A stretch of 64,000 nt of DNA from Phoronis australis (taxonomy: Eukaryota; Animalia; Phoronida). The stretch spans positions 561,129 through 625,128 of the forward strand of contig NMRA01000168.1 of assembly GCA_002633005.1 (NCBI GenBank). The letters are read 5' to 3'. The translations under genes were made by a program, and so were the position numbers. The notes beneath the pieces were generated by a model that did not search any database, was not told the DNA's origin, and saw only the letters and a list, made by a program, of their open reading frames with translations. Below are positions 60,861-64,000 of this stretch, in pieces (within the stretch, counting starts at the first letter, position 1; each line of letters opens with the position of its first letter).

Positions 60861-62281
60861 GTAAGCATATATTTGTTAATTTTTCTAAAACGTGATCCAC
60901 AGACTCAGAAAAAGGTTTTACAAAAACGCAGTGGTTTTTTACTTCATTTTCTTGTTTTGCACGTACATGTATAAACTTTACCATAATATAGGGTAGGAAA
61001 CAAGAACATGGGTGGCACTCCATCTCGATAGTATACGTCATGAAATGTAGTATCTTATTTTCGAAATTTTCATATTAGAAAGACCTTTAAGGCAGGTCAA
61101 GAAAAAGTATCGGTGGGGGGTGCTCTGAACTCAGTTTGTACGACGAACATCACTAGTTGGTCTTCACGCAGCCACATTCCCACTTTCGGCATCGTTCTGC
61201 AAATTACCCTGGTGTGACAGGTACAGTAACTCTGATTGTTCATCTACGGCACAGTTCCGCGTGAAATTGTTGTTATAGAATGCAACTTACAAGCACTGTC
61301 ATCAGTATTCGATCCCAATTCTTGGGACTTCATCTACCGAAAGACTTATTACATGTAGCTTGCGGCGCTGGTGGTGGTTCTTCAAATGCATTCTTTGTGA
61401 GACAGTTTTCGGATCGTAAACGTCAATGGACACCACCGAAAAATAGAGACGTGTACAAACCTTGGCAGCGTCCCATGTACGCAAGAATTTAGCAATTAAA
61501 CCTCGTGTGATCTCTCGCTTGGTTAAGCTTATCTTGTGTTTTCCGAGTTTCTTGCGTCAACGAACTGGCTCATTTGATATAATGTTTGCCCAGATGCTTA
61601 TTCGTTAATTTGTTTTCTGGACGAGACTGTTATCTATTGACCTATGCCCGTGAAATAACATTAGAAACTGAAGAGATTTCCATAAAAAGAATCCAGTCTA
61701 ATGCTTTGTGTTACTGACAGCGCACAGTGTACTTGCCAGTTGTCCCGCTGCTGGCGGACTGTCCCACATTTTCCTGTCACACCATCATAATGTCCCGCGT
61801 TTTGTCACAAGCTAAATGACGTATTATCACATATACTATTGCAATTTCACACGCGACATAGGCATATTTTACCATTTACTTAAACGGAACGTTTAATGTT
61901 TTTTTGACAACTGCAATTTCCCGTTCGACTAAAACCAAAAAACGCGGACGGGCACTTTTGGGTGTTATGTCTCCCGTTCGACAAAAAACGCTTTCGGCAG
62001 GTCTTTGTGTGGCTACTAACAGTTCAATTTCGGCCCAAGGGGCCCGCATTTTATCTAGAAGTCCCCATTTTGTTAGTCGAAACAGCTGTGCAACAGGTGT
62101 TCAAAATGACATTTACTCTTTGTTATGAATTTGTTATTTAGCAAAACAACCATCATAAATACATATGTGTATTCCAATGTTACAGTGATCTACACTTCAT
62201 GTTTACGAGCAGCTTCCTTAAGTCCTTAGACGTGAGCGTGAGACTGAAGTAATGAGAATTGCCTCGACTGTAAATTTTCAG

Positions 62282-62305
62282 AAAACATACTTGTATGGTG
62301 GCTAG
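62282..62305 (+). CDS. Putative terminal exon of the Gla-like peptide (KTYLYGG*)
   Basis: aattttcag acceptor, phase 0, short aromatic segment then TAG and AT-rich sequence; other downstream exons cannot be excluded. Confidence 0.4.
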   Translation, partial: KTYLYGG

Positions 62306-64000
62306 TTCCTTAGAATTTTTAAGACAATGATACCATTAAGTTACCTTTAATGTGACAATATTTTTTATACAAAATTTTGTCAATTTGGTATACATTAGAA
62401 GTAAATCATTTCTTTCGGGAACATATTTTCCTTTTAGTAACATGCATTTTCAGTATCTTCTCATTTTAGTGCGAATTTCTCGAATGGTATCACGTTGGTC
62501 GAAATGGTGCTTGTAGACGAAGCGGTCCCCACAAAGATTACGAACTCTTTGGTCGAGGCTACTATGTCAAGAGGTTTTCTGGCAGCTGCATTAAAAAATA
62601 CGATATAAGCGCGCAGTGTTTAGGTAGGTGTAGGTCCTACTGTAATCTACAGGTTTTAGCATTTTAGTATGAAATTTGAATGTAGAAAAGTTGATTTCCG
62701 ACATTCACATCTTCTTAAATAGTGCATTGTATTTTTCTTTTTTCCTCTTTAAAAATTTATTAGTTCCGTGAAGCCCCACTGGGAGCACTGTTTTTAGTCT
62801 CTGAGACTGCGCAGCACAAAGAGATATACCGGTAGGTTATTGACTGTACAAGTACATATTCCAGTCAACACATCAACCTGAGCATACTTACCACCTTTTT
62901 GTATTTTCTATGTGACGTTGGGGCAACCAGCTAGCCAACTAGCTATCGTCAAAGTACAGCTAGGTATCACTTAGTCTTGGTACAAAGCTGTGTACTGAAT
63001 ATACAGCTTTGTGCCGATGTGGGTAAAAAACTGACCAGATAAAATATGACACAAAATTAGTGTCATTAAAAACTACACCCTTCCTTCAGTAAACTAAATC
63101 ATATACCGGTGTTGGAAAAAATGGCGTTCTACGATTATTCTGCAGCTAAAGTTGGCTTTCGGCGCCATGAAATATTGCGTCACCTATTGGCCAGTTTCTT
63201 GTTTTGCAAATTCTTCATTCAACTGTTCTTCTTCCACGAGGTTGCGTACATGTCACCACAAATTTTTTGAACTGGTTTTATTTCGTTACAAGTTTTAGTA
63301 TTTTAATACCAGCAAAAAATCTAATTTCGCAACAAATTTTCTACTGCTGTCGCAAAATTTTAGTAAATGACGCGTGCGTGTGACAAGAAGGCACTGTTTT
63401 CAAAACGACGACATGCTTTTTATTGTTCCAAAAGACGGAGAGTTACGCAAGAAAATGGCGTTTGTTGCATTGTTTTTCACTTAAACGGTTACAACGGGCA
63501 AGGTGAGTGTCGGTTTACTCTCGGATTTTGCAGCACCCCGTCCGGTCTTTAGCTCTACATGTTAATACAGGTTTCACGGTGAGGTGACGAGCAGAACTAC
63601 CCTGGCTGTGTGCAATTTTGGGGTCTATGGAAGATTAACACAGCTGTATTTTGATGATAGTCTTCATACAGCTATCTGGCTCGCTAGGTATCACTGTGTG
63701 TTGATCTCCGTTAGTCACAGACATTTTATTCAGCCCGGGTATAGTTCTGCGCGTCACCTGGTTGCGTGAAACTTTAATCAACATTTAGAGCTAAAAACCG
63801 GCAGGGGTGCATGCAAAATCTGGATGCCAACCGACACTCACCTTGCCCGCTGCAGCCGTTTAAGTGAAAAAAAAAACAAGCTAATAAATGTCATTTCCTT
63901 GCATAATTCTCCACCTTTTGTAAGGAAGTCAGTCGGCGTTTTGAAAAAAGTACACTCGTGAAACAAGCACGCGCCATTTGATAAAATTTTGCGATATCTT

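Overview
Intron-rich, AT-rich eukaryotic DNA, most likely from a marine invertebrate (inferred from GT-AG introns, the transposon types and frequent TACATGTA). All exon models were spliced by eye. (1) A giant + strand gene with 27 phase-consistent coding exons (4366-40443; 10,676 coding nt, about 3,560 aa; 5' end not found, probably upstream of the window). It encodes a type-I membrane protein: Cys-rich and beta-sheet N-terminal part, about 19 FN3-like repeats with nested PAN/apple and apparently catalytically dead GH16-like domains, a GAIN/ZU5-like segment with an RSRR furin site, a ZP-C-like juxtamembrane module, one TM helix and a short tail. (2) A small + strand gene the ORF track only partly shows: TATA at 45812, exons 45866-45930, 60710-60860 and probably 62282-62305. 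It encodes a 79-aa prepropeptide resembling a stand-alone vitamin-K-dependent Gla domain. Introns and intergenic DNA hold a THAP-bearing Kolobok-like element, Harbinger-type MITEs, two solo LTRs with 5-bp TSDs, a truncated CR1/L2-type LINE, hAT-like mini-elements, fold-back MITEs, a tRNA-derived SINE and microsatellites. No rRNA, true tRNA or CRISPR array was seen.
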